Shown: positions 29,140 through 41,031 of the stretch, piece by piece | Layout of the letters: the number at the start of each line of letters is the position of its first letter | Position numbering within the stretch: the first letter of the stretch is position 1 | Origin: a bacterium | GTDB taxonomy: Bacteria > RBG-13-61-14 > DATKZS01 | Direction of reading: 5' to 3' | Assembly: GCA_963674965.2 (NCBI GenBank) | Contig: CAXXFL010000006.1 | Coordinates: 608,001 to 672,000, forward strand | DNA length: 64,000 nt | Notes under the pieces: model-generated | Database searches by the model: none | The model's input: only the letters and a program-made list of their open reading frames with translations | What the model was told of the DNA's origin: nothing | Program-made: the position numbers and the translations under genes

Positions 29140-29631
29140 TAAAAAAATGTAAGATTACGAACTTCTTGCAAAAGTCCCTTTCTTAGCGGCATAGCCGCTT
29201 TGGAGCGCGGTCGCTTGATACCGCTTTCGCGATGCTTCGCTTGGTTGGCCTTGCGTTCTGCAATGACAAAATGAACTCATTGCCCCCGCCCAAGTGGAGA
29301 AAAAGGAGAAACCAAGGGCATCGACCCAGGATCTTATAAATCAGCTCCGCTCTGAGTTGTGGGGAAAAGAGATGGGACATGAGTTCGATGGCGAGAGTAA
29401 TTTTGAAGGCTTCAGGGAATCAAACCACCGGGCCGAAAACGTCGAGAACGTCATGAAATTACGGCCTCAATTGAAATCATCCGTTCTATATGCAAACCAC
29501 CCAAAACTTGTCGTCCGGTCCATATCTCATAATCGGCCTCCTTTCAGCAGGGGATGAGGGCATGGTTTCCAAGACAAATCAAGGAGACGGAAGCAAAATG
29601 TCCTGCAAATGTCCTTTCAAAATGGGCCTCG

Positions 29632-30792
29632 TCATGTTTTAGAGCACTTCACGATTGTAATGTCGTATATGGGAAGCCGACTGTCCGGTGATGAATTGAT
29701 CCTGCTCGTTATCGTTCTGGCTTCAATATGAGGATTCCCTTCATCTGCCTTGACTCGAGGCAATCTGACTCTGAGGTCGGCGTCGTTGGCGATCTCCAAC
29801 GCCCGCCTCCGGGCCCGCTCGGACAGGCCGCCCTCGGCCAGGGCCGCGAAAAGGTCGTCGGCCTTCCTGATCTCGACCTCGCGCATCGGGCCGCCCCAGT
29901 AATAATGGATTTCCCTGAGCTTCACCCACTCCATGCCGGCGACGTCCGTGCAAGCCGTCGAGGCCTCGCCGTCCACGAGGAGAGGAAGCAGCGAGTATTT
30001 GGCCTCCCCCGGGAAAAACGACTCGTCCCCAAAAAGGTGAAGACCGAACTTGACGCGATACATGCGCCTCTCGGCCTTGGTCCCCGCGTTGATCCTGACC
30101 TCCCCCAGGGCCGGATTGTAAATCAACAGGTCGTGCTTCTCCGGCCGAAAAAAAACCGACGACGACGAGCCATCCTCAACGCAGCCCTCGCGCCGGAAAG
30201 GATCGCCGTGACGAACGAAGAACCAGACCTCATCGGCGTGACAATGAACGATCACCTTGCAGCACCGGCCCCTGCCGCTCTGCTCGAACCAGTTGTCCAG
30301 GTCGCGCTCCAGATTGTCAAGGACCTCCCTGGAAGGCTCCTCGAACTCCGGGACCGGCGTCCGGTCGGTCTGATAGTATTCAAAGGAGCGCCGGCGAAGG
30401 CCGAGCCTCTCAGCGTGCCTGGTCTCGAGCGCCTCCGGGCATTTGAGCCACGCCTGGACCGCGACGTCGGCGGGCGTCGCGCCATGGCCGTCAATGGCTA
30501 TGCCCCGGCTCTCCATCTCCGCCAGCAGATCGTTCATGATCTCGGGAGTCGAAGTCTCGTGCACCATGTAAAGCGCGTTGGCCAGGTCCCTTGGCGTGTC
30601 CGGACCCGGACTCATGAACACGCCGGCCAGTCCCTCGTAATCGATCCCGCCGTCCGAGCAAGCGGGCGGCAGCGCGACTCCCCGCATGGCCAGGTAATCC
30701 TCGTGTGGACCGAGCAGGGCCAGAAGGCGCTCGCCGCTAATCGTCTTTAAAGCGTCCGGATTCAAAAACCTCCGAAGATTGAATATCGCCAT
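29632..30792 (-). pseudogene. Mobile-element hypothetical protein fused in frame to a DUF2924 fragment
   Basis: N-terminus MAIFNLRRF..; the last ~70 aa switch to AEGGLSERARRRALEIANDADLRVRLPR..DSRLP, a DUF2924 signature lacking its usual C-terminal half. Confidence 0.6.
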
Positions 30793-30922
30793 TTCCCACA
30801 CCCCCTTCTGAAATTGGCAAAAGTCATCCCTTATGGGCGCGACCGACGACCCATGGGAGATTCTCGATCAGGAGTGGATTAAACTCGTCGGCGCCCCCTG
30901 GCGGCGGGGGATTCGACGACTG

Positions 30923-31576
30923 TCAATCCTTGGCTTGCCTGATCGCCACTACTTTGCCGAGAATGCGCAGATCGTCATCTGGGCCGATGGGAATCGGTTG
31001 GTACTTGGGATTCTCCGGACGGAGTTCAATGCGAGCGTCACGAACGTAGAGCCTTTTCACGGTCGCTTCATCATCAAGAAGAGCCACGACTATATCCCCG
31101 CTCTCAGCCACCGGCTGTTGGCGGACGATGACGAGATCGCCTTCATTGATACCGGCGTCGGTCATGCTGTCCCCGGAAACGGAAAGCGCGAAACAGCGGC
31201 CCGACCGCGCGGCCTTGTCGTCAATCAATATCTCGCCGGTGATGTTCTCCACGGCCAGGATCGGCGCTCCCGCCGCGACCTTGCCAACAATGGGCACGGA
31301 GATGAGTTCGGTGATCTGGCTGTCCGGATCGCGGAGTATGGTGAGCCCGCGGGCCTTGCCCGGCTCGCGCTTCAGGTATCCCTTGCGGATGAGTTGCTCC
31401 ACCTGGGCGTGGACGCTCATCTGCGAGATGCCGAGAATCTCGGACAGTTCCTTGATGGAGGGCGGGAAACCCTTGGCCGCGAGGAAGTCACTGATCTCCG
31501 CCAGCGTGTTCCGCTGCGGCTCCGTGATCTCCTCGGTGGGCGGCCGGCCCCGACCCCGTGTCTTCATCTTCTTCAT
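30923..31576 (-). CDS. lexA: LexA family repressor (S24 peptidase)
   Basis: GFPPSIKEL HTH, VGKVAAG.PI (Ala-Gly cleavage site), GDSM, EATVKR. Confidence 0.9.
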   Translation of the reverse strand: MKKMKTRGRGRPPTEEITEPQRNTLAEISDFLAAKGFPPSIKELSEILGISQMSVHAQVEQLIRKGYLKREPGKARGLTILRDPDSQITELISVPIVGKVAAGAPILAVENITGEILIDDKAARSGRCFALSVSGDSMTDAGINEGDLVIVRQQPVAESGDIVVALLDDEATVKRLYVRDARIELRPENPKYQPIPIGPDDDLRILGKVVAIRQAKD

Positions 31577-31609
31577 CTTTTCATCGCCCTATTGCCAGAG
31601 GATGTACAC

Positions 31610-31637
31610 ATTATAGAACTTATTTCCGTAAGGTCAA
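31610..31637 (-). promoter_or_regulatory. lexA promoter with imperfect palindrome in the spacer
   Basis: Minus strand TTGACC-16 nt-TATAAT; CTTAC-GGAA-ATAAG across the spacer. Confidence 0.6.
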
Positions 31638-31762
31638 TTAAAAAATTTAAAATCTGGTCTAGCCTTTTAATATCAGCATGTTACATAAACATGCAGTTTA
31701 TTGTGGGAGCAACCAGTGTTTCCCTTTACATGTCAGTAACCCCAAAAACTTTTCGGATGACA

Positions 31763-31807
31763 TTGACATGGAGAAATTTTCTGTTACTATTTTACTAAAA
31801 GGTAAAA
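31763..31807 (+). promoter_or_regulatory. ars operon promoter and probable ArsR operator
   Basis: TTGACA-16 nt-TACTAT followed by inverted repeat TTTTAC-TAAAAG-GTAAAA (31790-31807). Confidence 0.6.
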
Positions 31808-31840
31808 CATTAACATTTGATCCAATCAGGGAGGATTCTC

Positions 31841-32215
31841 ATGACCCCCAGAAAAAAAGAAGACTCGAAAGTGAACGAAGCGTCGATGCGTTTAGCCGAG
31901 AAGAAGGCGAACATCTTCAAAGCGCTGGGACACCCGATAAGAATCACAGTGTTCGAAGCACTTGCCGAAGGTGAGAAGACCGTGGGTGAACTGGTGGAGC
32001 TTCTGGGACAAAAGGACGCCAACACCTCCCGGCATCTTTCCGTAATGAGAGCCGCCGGATTGGTGGAGACCCGGAAGGATGGACTCAATGTCTACTACTC
32101 AATCAAACTGCCCTGTCTGGTTTCCATGCTCTCGTGCCTCGACGACGGTGTCTGCAGGATAGCTGACGAACATAGCGAGATGGCCCGACTCTTAAGAGCG
32201 AAAGCTTCCCAATAA
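31841..32215 (+). CDS. arsR: ArsR/SmtB family repressor
   Basis: IFKALGHPIRITVFEAL, NTSRHLSVMRAAGLVETRKDG..VYYS; first gene of the ars cluster; GGGAGG RBS. Confidence 0.88.
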   Translation: MTPRKKEDSKVNEASMRLAEKKANIFKALGHPIRITVFEALAEGEKTVGELVELLGQKDANTSRHLSVMRAAGLVETRKDGLNVYYSIKLPCLVSMLSCLDDGVCRIADEHSEMARLLRAKASQ

Positions 32216-32221
32216 ACGCGT

Positions 32222-33331
32222 ATGGCGAAACATCGTAAAATGAATAAATCCGCTAAAGACACGACTGCCGCAACCAAGAGACTATCATTCCTGGATCGCT
32301 TTCTGACTCTCTGGATTTTCCTGGCGATGGCGATTGGCGTGGCCTGGGGATATCTCTCGCCGGGCGTGGCAGATTTTTGGGACCGCCTCAGTTCAGGCAC
32401 CACCAACATTCCCATCGCAATCGGCCTCATTCTGATGATGTACCCGCCGCTGGCCAAGGTGAGATACGAAGAGTTGGGCCGGGTGTTCAAGAACTACAAG
32501 GTGCTGGCCTTAAGCCTGATCCAGAACTGGGTGATCGGCCCTTTTCTCATGTTCTTCCTGGCCATCATTTTCCTGCGGGACATGCCCCAGTACATGGTCG
32601 GCTTGATCATGATCGGGCTGGCCCGCTGCATCGCGATGGTCATCGTGTGGAACGACCTGGCCGAGGGCGACCGCGAGTACGCCGCCGGGCTGGTGGCTTT
32701 TAATTCGGTGTTCCAGGTTTTGTTCTTCTCGGTCTTCGCCTGGTTCTTCATCAAGGTTTTGCCGCCGGTGTTCGGTCTTTCCGAGGCGGTGGCCGAAGTG
32801 AATCTCGATAAGATCACTATCGTCGAGATTGCCAAGAGCGTTTTTATCTATCTCGGCATCCCCTTTATTGCCGGTATTGTCACCCGCTTCGGCATGCTCC
32901 GGGTAAAAGGCCGGGAATGGTATGAGGAGAAGTTCATTCCCCGCATCAGCCCTCTGACCCTGATCGCCTTGCTCTTCACCATCGTTGTAATGTTCTCGCT
33001 CAAGGGCGAGTACATCGTCAAGATTCCAATGGACGTGGTGCGGATCGCCATCCCCCTGCTCATCTATTTCGTGGTCATGTTCGTGGTGAGCTTCTTTTTA
33101 TCGAAGGGAGCGAACGCCAATTACTGCCAGTCCTGCACCCTGAGCTTTACGGCGGCGTCCAACAACTTCGAGCTGGCCATCGCGGTGGCAGTGGCGGTTT
33201 TCGGGATCGAGTCCAAGGTTGCTTTCGCGGCGGTGATCGGGCCTCTGGTCGAGGTCCCGGTGATGATTGCGCTGGTGAATCTGGCGTTTTATTTTCGCCG
33301 CAAGTTATTTAACGAAGCTCCCTCCTGCTGA
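32222..33331 (+). CDS. acr3: Acr3 family arsenite efflux permease
   Basis: [56 protein letters not shown]. Confidence 0.96.
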   Translation: MAKHRKMNKSAKDTTAATKRLSFLDRFLTLWIFLAMAIGVAWGYLSPGVADFWDRLSSGTTNIPIAIGLILMMYPPLAKVRYEELGRVFKNYKVLALSLIQNWVIGPFLMFFLAIIFLRDMPQYMVGLIMIGLARCIAMVIVWNDLAEGDREYAAGLVAFNSVFQVLFFSVFAWFFIKVLPPVFGLSEAVAEVNLDKITIVEIAKSVFIYLGIPFIAGIVTRFGMLRVKGREWYEEKFIPRISPLTLIALLFTIVVMFSLKGEYIVKIPMDVVRIAIPLLIYFVVMFVVSFFLSKGANANYCQSCTLSFTAASNNFELAIAVAVAVFGIESKVAFAAVIGPLVEVPVMIALVNLAFYFRRKLFNEAPSC

Positions 33332-33357
33332 TGGGAACTAATCCCGAGGAGAATGAA

Positions 33358-34158
33358 ATGAAAAAGGAAGATTTGATCCGCTTGAATGTAAAGGAACGCT
33401 ATGCCGGTATCGTGAATACCGGCGGTGGATGCGGGTGTGCGCCGTCTCCTGGATCGAGTTGTTGCGGGGGCGCTCCCGGCGGGGTCGGCGACCATGCCAT
33501 AAAGCTCGGTTATTCAGACAACGATGTCGCATCCGTCCCGGACGGGTCCAATTTGGGCTTGGGATGCGGCAACCCCGGTGCCATCGCAGCCTTGAAGCCA
33601 GGCGAGGTCGTGCTCGACCTCGGCGCGGGAGGCGGCTTCGATTGCTTCCTAGCCGCCGAGAAAGTGGGCGAGCATGGCCTCGTTGTCGGAGTAGACATGA
33701 CCCCCGAGATGGTTGCCCGCGCCCGGGAAAACGCGGAGCGGGAAGGTTTCGCCAACGTGGAATTTCGCATGGGAGAGATCGAGCATTTGCCGGTGGCCGA
33801 CGCATCGATTGACGTGATCATCTCCAATTGCGTCGTCAACCTCTCGCCGGACAAATCCCAGGTCTACCGCGACGCTTTTCGCGCTCTCAAGCCCGGAGGC
33901 CGGATAGCCCTTTCCGATACGGTCCGCCTCAAGGACTTTCCCCAAAGCTGGCTTGAAAACGAATCCATGCTTTGTTCGTGCGTGACCGGATCGGCGTCCC
34001 CCGCCGAAATCGAGCAGATGCTCGAAGAGGCAGGGTTCACGAAGGTTGAAGTGCGAATCAAGCCGGAGAGCCGGGAAGTCATCAAGGGGTGGGTCCCTGA
34101 TTCCGGGGTCGAGGATTACGTTGTCTCCGCCGATATTCTGGCTGAAAAACCTTTATGA
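33358..34158 (+). CDS. arsM: Arsenite S-adenosylmethionine methyltransferase
   Basis: LGLGCGNP, VLDLGAGGGFDCFLAA, VDMTPEM, IISNCVVNLSPDK, CSCVTG; GAGGAG RBS. Confidence 0.93.
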   Translation: MKKEDLIRLNVKERYAGIVNTGGGCGCAPSPGSSCCGGAPGGVGDHAIKLGYSDNDVASVPDGSNLGLGCGNPGAIAALKPGEVVLDLGAGGGFDCFLAAEKVGEHGLVVGVDMTPEMVARARENAEREGFANVEFRMGEIEHLPVADASIDVIISNCVVNLSPDKSQVYRDAFRALKPGGRIALSDTVRLKDFPQSWLENESMLCSCVTGSASPAEIEQMLEEAGFTKVEVRIKPESREVIKGWVPDSGVEDYVVSADILAEKPL

Positions 34159-34281
34159 GGGTGGCAAGATGAGTGGACAAAAACCGTTTGTTTGGCTGGT
34201 CACTGCATCGTGGACTGAAAATGTTTGCGAATTGCGTTCCGACATTTCACAAGACCTTAAGAACAAGCTGGGAGGGTAGTA

Positions 34282-35487
34282 ATGTCCGAAAGTAAATCAA
34301 ACGGGTGGAAAGGATTTGCTATCTTTTCCTTCTTGGCCCTGATAGCGGTAACATCGGCGGCCATAGTAACTAATCATTGGTTTCTAACTGCGATCCCTGT
34401 TGGATTCCTCTTCGGGTTCTTCCTGGAAAAAGCTGACCTGTGTGGAGCATCGGCCTTCAGCGAGGCGCTCATGTGGAAGGATTGGCGCAAGCTCCAGGGC
34501 ATCTGGATCATCGCGGTGATCAGCATGCTGGGCTTTGCCCTACTTTATGGACTGGATCTGATCAAGCTAAATCCAAAGCCGCTATTGTGGGCCAGCTACA
34601 TTGTCGGCGGACTGGTGTTCGGCGTCGGCATGGTCCTGGCTGGAGGATGCGTTAGCGGTAGTCTTTTCAAGACCGGCCAAGGTAATCTGAATTCGATGGC
34701 CGCACTGGTGGGCATCCCTCTTGGCGTGATGGCGGTCGAGTATGGGCCTGTGAACGGTTTTCATAAGACCCTGAAAACGTACGTCATAAAAAACGCGGAT
34801 GGCGGTCCGGTAACTTTCTTTTCCGTTGCCCACCTTCCTTACTGGCTGATGGCAATCATCATAGCGGGCGTCACCATCGGGGTCGCAATATATTTAAGGC
34901 AAAAGAAAGACAAGCCCAAAGAAGACCTGAAGCCATCAGAGCTGCCCTTCATGCAACGGGTACTTACGAGACCCTGGAAACCCTGGCAGGCCGGAGTAGC
35001 CATTGGGGTCCTCGCGGCCTTCGCCTACCTGTCCTCGGCGGCCAGCGGCAGGAACTATCCTCTCGGCGTGACTCACGGGGTCATGCACGCCGAGCTTCTG
35101 CTCACGGACGCTCCGCTTAAACACGTGTATGCGCCCAAACCGAGCCGGCCTCCTTCCGCCAGCGAAGCCCCCGCCGAACAGCCCATGAAAAAAGTCTCAT
35201 GGTGGCTGATCCTTGAAATCAGCGCGCTCGTGCTTGGGTCGTTCGTGAGTGCAAGGCTATCGGCACGAGCCAAGCTTCTGCCCAAGCCGCCTGAACAGAC
35301 GTTGACAGCCTTTTTCGGAGGCATACTGGTCGGGACAGGCGCGGCCGTTGCCGGGGGGTGTGTAGCAGGAAATATCATGAGCGGCCTAGCTCTCATGAGC
35401 GTGGGCAACCTGCTCTTCGCGATTGTCGTTTTGCTGGCCAATTGGGGCATGACTTATATCTACCTGATGGGAGGTCAAACCAGATGA
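34282..35487 (+). CDS. YeeE/YedE family sulfur-compound transporter
   Basis: GFLFGFFLEKADLCGASAF, GGLVFGVGMVLAGGCVSGSL, GGILVGTGAAVAGGCVAG (three conserved Cys loops). Confidence 0.88.
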   Translation: MSESKSNGWKGFAIFSFLALIAVTSAAIVTNHWFLTAIPVGFLFGFFLEKADLCGASAFSEALMWKDWRKLQGIWIIAVISMLGFALLYGLDLIKLNPKPLLWASYIVGGLVFGVGMVLAGGCVSGSLFKTGQGNLNSMAALVGIPLGVMAVEYGPVNGFHKTLKTYVIKNADGGPVTFFSVAHLPYWLMAIIIAGVTIGVAIYLRQKKDKPKEDLKPSELPFMQRVLTRPWKPWQAGVAIGVLAAFAYLSSAASGRNYPLGVTHGVMHAELLLTDAPLKHVYAPKPSRPPSASEAPAEQPMKKVSWWLILEISALVLGSFVSARLSARAKLLPKPPEQTLTAFFGGILVGTGAAVAGGCVAGNIMSGLALMSVGNLLFAIVVLLANWGMTYIYLMGGQTR

Positions 35488-35930
35488 GCGGAAAAGTAAA
35501 AATATTGTTTCTTTGCACCGGGAACTCGTGTCGGAGTCAGATGGCTGAAGGATGGGCCCAAAAACTCCGGGCAGATGATATAGAGGCATGGTCCGCCGGT
35601 GTAAAACCCAAGGGGATTGATCCCCGAGCGGTCATGGCAATGGAGGAAGCCGGGGTGGACATATCGAAACAGGGATCGAAGGATGTAAAGGACCTGATGG
35701 ACATCCCCTTCGATTACGTCATCACCCTCTGCGGCCATGCCCATGAGACTTGCCCCTTATTCCCCGGTAAGACTAAAGTCATCCATCATGGTTTCGAAGA
35801 CCCTCCTCAGTTGGCCGCGACCTCAAAGACAGAAGAAGAAGCCATGACACATTATCGTCGCGTTGGTCATGAGATCAAAGAATTTATGGGTCTTCCCAAG
35901 AATCTGTGGGTGTTCTTTGACATAGTTTAG
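35484..35930 (+). CDS. arsC: Thioredoxin-type (LMW-PTP fold) arsenate reductase; extreme C-terminus replaced by ISL3 end
   Basis: ATGA overlap with the yeeE stop; CTGNSCRSQMAEG, TLCGHAHETCP, GFEDP. Confidence 0.9.
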   Translation: MSGKVKILFLCTGNSCRSQMAEGWAQKLRADDIEAWSAGVKPKGIDPRAVMAMEEAGVDISKQGSKDVKDLMDIPFDYVITLCGHAHETCPLFPGKTKVIHHGFEDPPQLAATSKTEEEAMTHYRRVGHEIKEFMGLPKNLWVFFDIV

Positions 35931-36612
35931 TTGAAAAGCACGGTCGTTTCAGGCTAATAGGGTTATGCGAAAACAATCCTGAAGCCTGAAGGAGTCGACC
36001 GTGCTTGTAGAGAGTCTTGTACGAGAAACGCTTGGTGTCAAGGATCACAAGGTTAAGAGCGTCAGCGGAGACGCGGTGGGGCTTACGGTTCTCATGGATC
36101 GCAAGAAGCTTCGGAAGCTCACCTGCTCTTGTTGCGGCTCTCGATCTTGGGTTTACGACACGCTTGCCGAGAGGACCTGGCGTCATGTTCCGTTGTGGGG
36201 CATCCCCGTGACCATCGTTTACAGCCCGCGCCGGGTGAACTGCCCAAATTGCGGCGTCAAGGTCGAGCAGGTCCCGTGGGGGATGGGCAAAAGTCGGCTC
36301 TCCCTGCCGCTGATCATCGTGCTCGCCGCCTGGGCCAGGCTCCTGGCCGTCGGCGTCGTGGCCGACCTTTTCGGCTTGAGTTGGTCCACGGTGGGGGCGG
36401 CGGTCAAGCACGCGGTGGCTTACGGCCTCGAACACCGCGACGTTTCCGGCGTGCTTTACATCGGGATCGACGAGGTCTCTCGCAAAAAAGGCCGCGTCTA
36501 TCACACCCAGGTTTACGAGATCGGCAAGAGGCGGCGTCTTTTGTGGTCCGGAGAGGGGCGCAAGAAAGAGACGCTGGAACGTTTTTTCGATGAACTTGGC
36601 GAGGAGGGACGC
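35888..36612 (+). mobile_element. Truncated ISL3 family insertion sequence (transposase starts GTG 36001)
   Basis: Left end GGGTCTTCCCAAG.. after an AT-rich target; zf-ISL3 (CSCCG, RRVNCPNCG), IGIDEVSRKKG. Similarity ends at about ERFFDELGEEG; no right IR seen. Confidence 0.85.
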
Positions 36613-36696
36613 GTGAAAAGTAACCCGTACCAGAAGGCGAGGCGGCGCATATCAGAGTTGAGCTTTTTCCCGTTGCCCACGAGAGGGAATAACAAG

Positions 36697-37092
36697 ATGA
36701 AGAAAAGGTATATCATCGCAACAATTATATTGGCGGTTTTGGCAACTTTAGTTTTTATCCTGCCTTTATTGCTTTTACGATATGATGATAATGAAGACGG
36801 CGTCACTGACCTGGTGATTTATACCGATGGCTTTTCCATAATAAAGCGAATGGATTTTGATGGCGACGGGATTTTCGACTACAAGGAATATAATTATCTG
36901 ACTGGCGGCCAAATAAAATATTTCCTTGTTCTGAATGAGAAATTTAACAACCTTACTATTACCCAGCACTATGTGGACGGCCAAGTCTGTAGTATCAAAT
37001 CTGGACAGAGATGCCCAAAAAGAAAAGTGAAATTGAGAAAAACTACATGGGAACTTGATTCGGAAATAATTTTCGGAACGGGACGTTGGTAA
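36697..37092 (+). CDS. AT-rich hypothetical membrane-anchored protein with DxDxDG-like loops
   Basis: MKKRYIIATIILAVLATLVFILP; YDDNEDGVTD, MDFDGDGIFD; own RBS GAGAGGGA. Confidence 0.5.
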   Translation: MKKRYIIATIILAVLATLVFILPLLLLRYDDNEDGVTDLVIYTDGFSIIKRMDFDGDGIFDYKEYNYLTGGQIKYFLVLNEKFNNLTITQHYVDGQVCSIKSGQRCPKRKVKLRKTTWELDSEIIFGTGRW

Positions 37093-37427
37093 TCGAGCGC
37101 CTTGAAATCATCAGGGGCCGGCTGGTCGCTTTCGAACCTGGCCTCCATGCCGCGGCTGAACCTCTTTACTTATCGGGATTTGACGGAATGGCTGCACAAT
37201 CCCTTCGGCGTGGAGCCGATCGTCCCCAAACTCGAAGAACCATATCTTCCCATCAGCGGTCTTAGACGGCCGAGTCGAGACGGGAGGGGAAAACCTAAAC
37301 CAGGAGACCGGTAGTTTGACCATCTATCTCCTCATCTTATTAGGGGCAAAAGCAAGGTCCGTCATATTTTGGAGGGAAGTGGCGATATAATAAATCAAAA
37401 TGGCAACTACTCTCGCGTCAATCCATC

Positions 37428-39419
<1,992 letters not shown>

Positions 39420-39582
39420 GATCCTCCCCGGCCAACAATGATAACGCGGCCAGGCCCGGGAGGCCAACGCGCAAAGATGGGATGCCCATGCATCCTGCAT
39501 GGACGAGCTTGTCACTGTAACCCGTTTTTTCTTTGTGTTATGATCTTTTTGGTTTCGTTATCCGAGTCATGAAGGCCGGAAA

Positions 39583-40881
39583 ATGAAAAGTGGAATTATG
39601 GGCATGGGACTGATCGAGCCGTTTATAAAGATCCGGGACGTCGGCGTTCCCGATGACATGGCGCCTGAAGAGGCCAAATACATTCGGGCCCTCAATATCC
39701 TCGTGTTCCTGAGTTGGCTGCTTCATCTGACGTGGGGCGTCCAGGCCCTGGCGCGTGGACACAAGGTCAGCCTCGCCATTCACCTGGTCTGGGTGGCGCT
39801 CATCCTATCCAATTATTTTTTTATCGGCCGGCGGCGTTATCTCGCGGCCAAGGTCCTGCTGATCTTTTATCTCAATCTCCACTCCATCGCGTCGGCGGTG
39901 GTCGTTCACGGCCAATATTACGATAAATGGAACGTTTTATTCGCTGCCCTGGTCCCCTTTCTGTTTGCCAAAAAGGAGACCAGGTGGATGCTGGCCATGA
40001 TGTGCTTTTGCTTTATCGCCTATTTCGCCAAGCCGCTGATCGGCCAATATTTCGAGCCCTTGTACAAGGTCGAGAACGGCGGCGTGGAGTTCGGAGGCGA
40101 CTTGGCCTCGGTGATTGTTTTTTACCTGGCCCTGGTGGCTTCGCCCGCCATCTATCGCCGGATATCGATCTCGTCCGACGACCGGCTGAAGGAGGAAAAG
40201 CGAAAGGTCTCGGTCTTAAGCGAGAAGCTGCGGGTGTTTCTTCCCGCCCAGTTCGTCGAGTCCCTGGCCAGCGGCGACCGTGACACCGAGCCCGATTACA
40301 GGCGGCGGCGCCTGACCATTTTTTTCTCCGACGTTCAAGGCTTTACCAAGTGGACGGACAGGCTCGAGCCCGAGGAGGTCCGGGAAATCCTCAACCATTA
40401 CCTTACCGAGATGAGCGCCATCGCCGGGAAATGGGGGGGCACCATTGATAAATTCATCGGCGACGCTCTCATGATCTTCTTCGGCGACCCCGAGTTCACG
40501 AACGACAAGGACCACGCCCTTCGCTGCGTGAAGATGGCCGTCGAGATGCAGGCGAAAATGAGGGAGCTTCGGGAGGGCTGGCGCAAGATGGCCTATGACG
40601 AGCCCTTGAACATCCGGATCGGGATCAACACCGGCTGGGCCACGGTGGGCAACTTCGGCAGCAAGGACCGGCTCAACTACACGGCCCTGGGCTCGGCCGT
40701 GAACCTGGCCTCCCGGCTGGAGTCCGCCTGCGCGCCCGACAAAATCACGGTCAGTCATACCACGTGTCTTCTGGTCTCCGATGAGATCGAGTGCGAGTCC
40801 AAAGGCGAGATCGCGGTGAAAGGCTTTCCCGAGCCCGTGAAGATTTACGAGGTGGCGGGACTAAGGCCAAAGCGCGACTGA
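39583..40881 (+). CDS. Membrane-bound class III adenylate cyclase (CyaB-like, class IIIb)
   Basis: Multi-TM N-terminus; IFFSDVQGFT, IDKFIGDALM, RIGINTG, NYTALGSAVNLASRLE. Confidence 0.9.
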   Translation: MKSGIMGMGLIEPFIKIRDVGVPDDMAPEEAKYIRALNILVFLSWLLHLTWGVQALARGHKVSLAIHLVWVALILSNYFFIGRRRYLAAKVLLIFYLNLHSIASAVVVHGQYYDKWNVLFAALVPFLFAKKETRWMLAMMCFCFIAYFAKPLIGQYFEPLYKVENGGVEFGGDLASVIVFYLALVASPAIYRRISISSDDRLKEEKRKVSVLSEKLRVFLPAQFVESLASGDRDTEPDYRRRRLTIFFSDVQGFTKWTDRLEPEEVREILNHYLTEMSAIAGKWGGTIDKFIGDALMIFFGDPEFTNDKDHALRCVKMAVEMQAKMRELREGWRKMAYDEPLNIRIGINTGWATVGNFGSKDRLNYTALGSAVNLASRLESACAPDKITVSHTTCLLVSDEIECESKGEIAVKGFPEPVKIYEVAGLRPKRD

Positions 40882-41031
40882 CCACCGTTTTATTGCCTCC
40901 AACGCGAGTATTATAACGAAGCCTGATGGACGATTATCCCCGGGCTTGATATGATTGAAGCGAGGCTCGGTCGGAACGATTAGTCGCTCGATGGATCGGG
41001 CGTCCAAATCAAAAAAAGGCCCGTCAAACAA

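Larger units (their letters stand above)
29180..37330. mobile_element. Degraded genomic island/prophage-ICE remnant carrying the ars cluster
   Basis: Gene fragments, DUF2924 scar, mobile-type lexA, ars cargo and truncated ISL3 between tetR and uvrB. Boundaries approximate; no integrase seen. Confidence 0.55.

Noticed and set aside
29160-29480. tRNA/att site or transposase at the left island boundary
   Set aside because: Short palindromes and an 87-aa ORF are present, but no tRNA cloverleaf, flanking direct repeat or convincing protein motif was found.
33320-33365. Selenocysteine read-through at the acr3 Cys-TGA
   Set aside because: Acr3 is already complete, the frame closes again within 10 codons, and no SECIS-like hairpin is evident.
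36001-37092. 363-aa transposase-membrane protein as a novel fusion
   Set aside because: Chance in-frame junction of a truncated ISL3 transposase with a separate AT-rich gene that has its own start at 36697.
37111-37323. 70-aa minus-strand ORF with a good RBS downstream of uvrB
   Set aside because: No recognisable family; may be a gene remnant at the island edge, but this cannot be supported.
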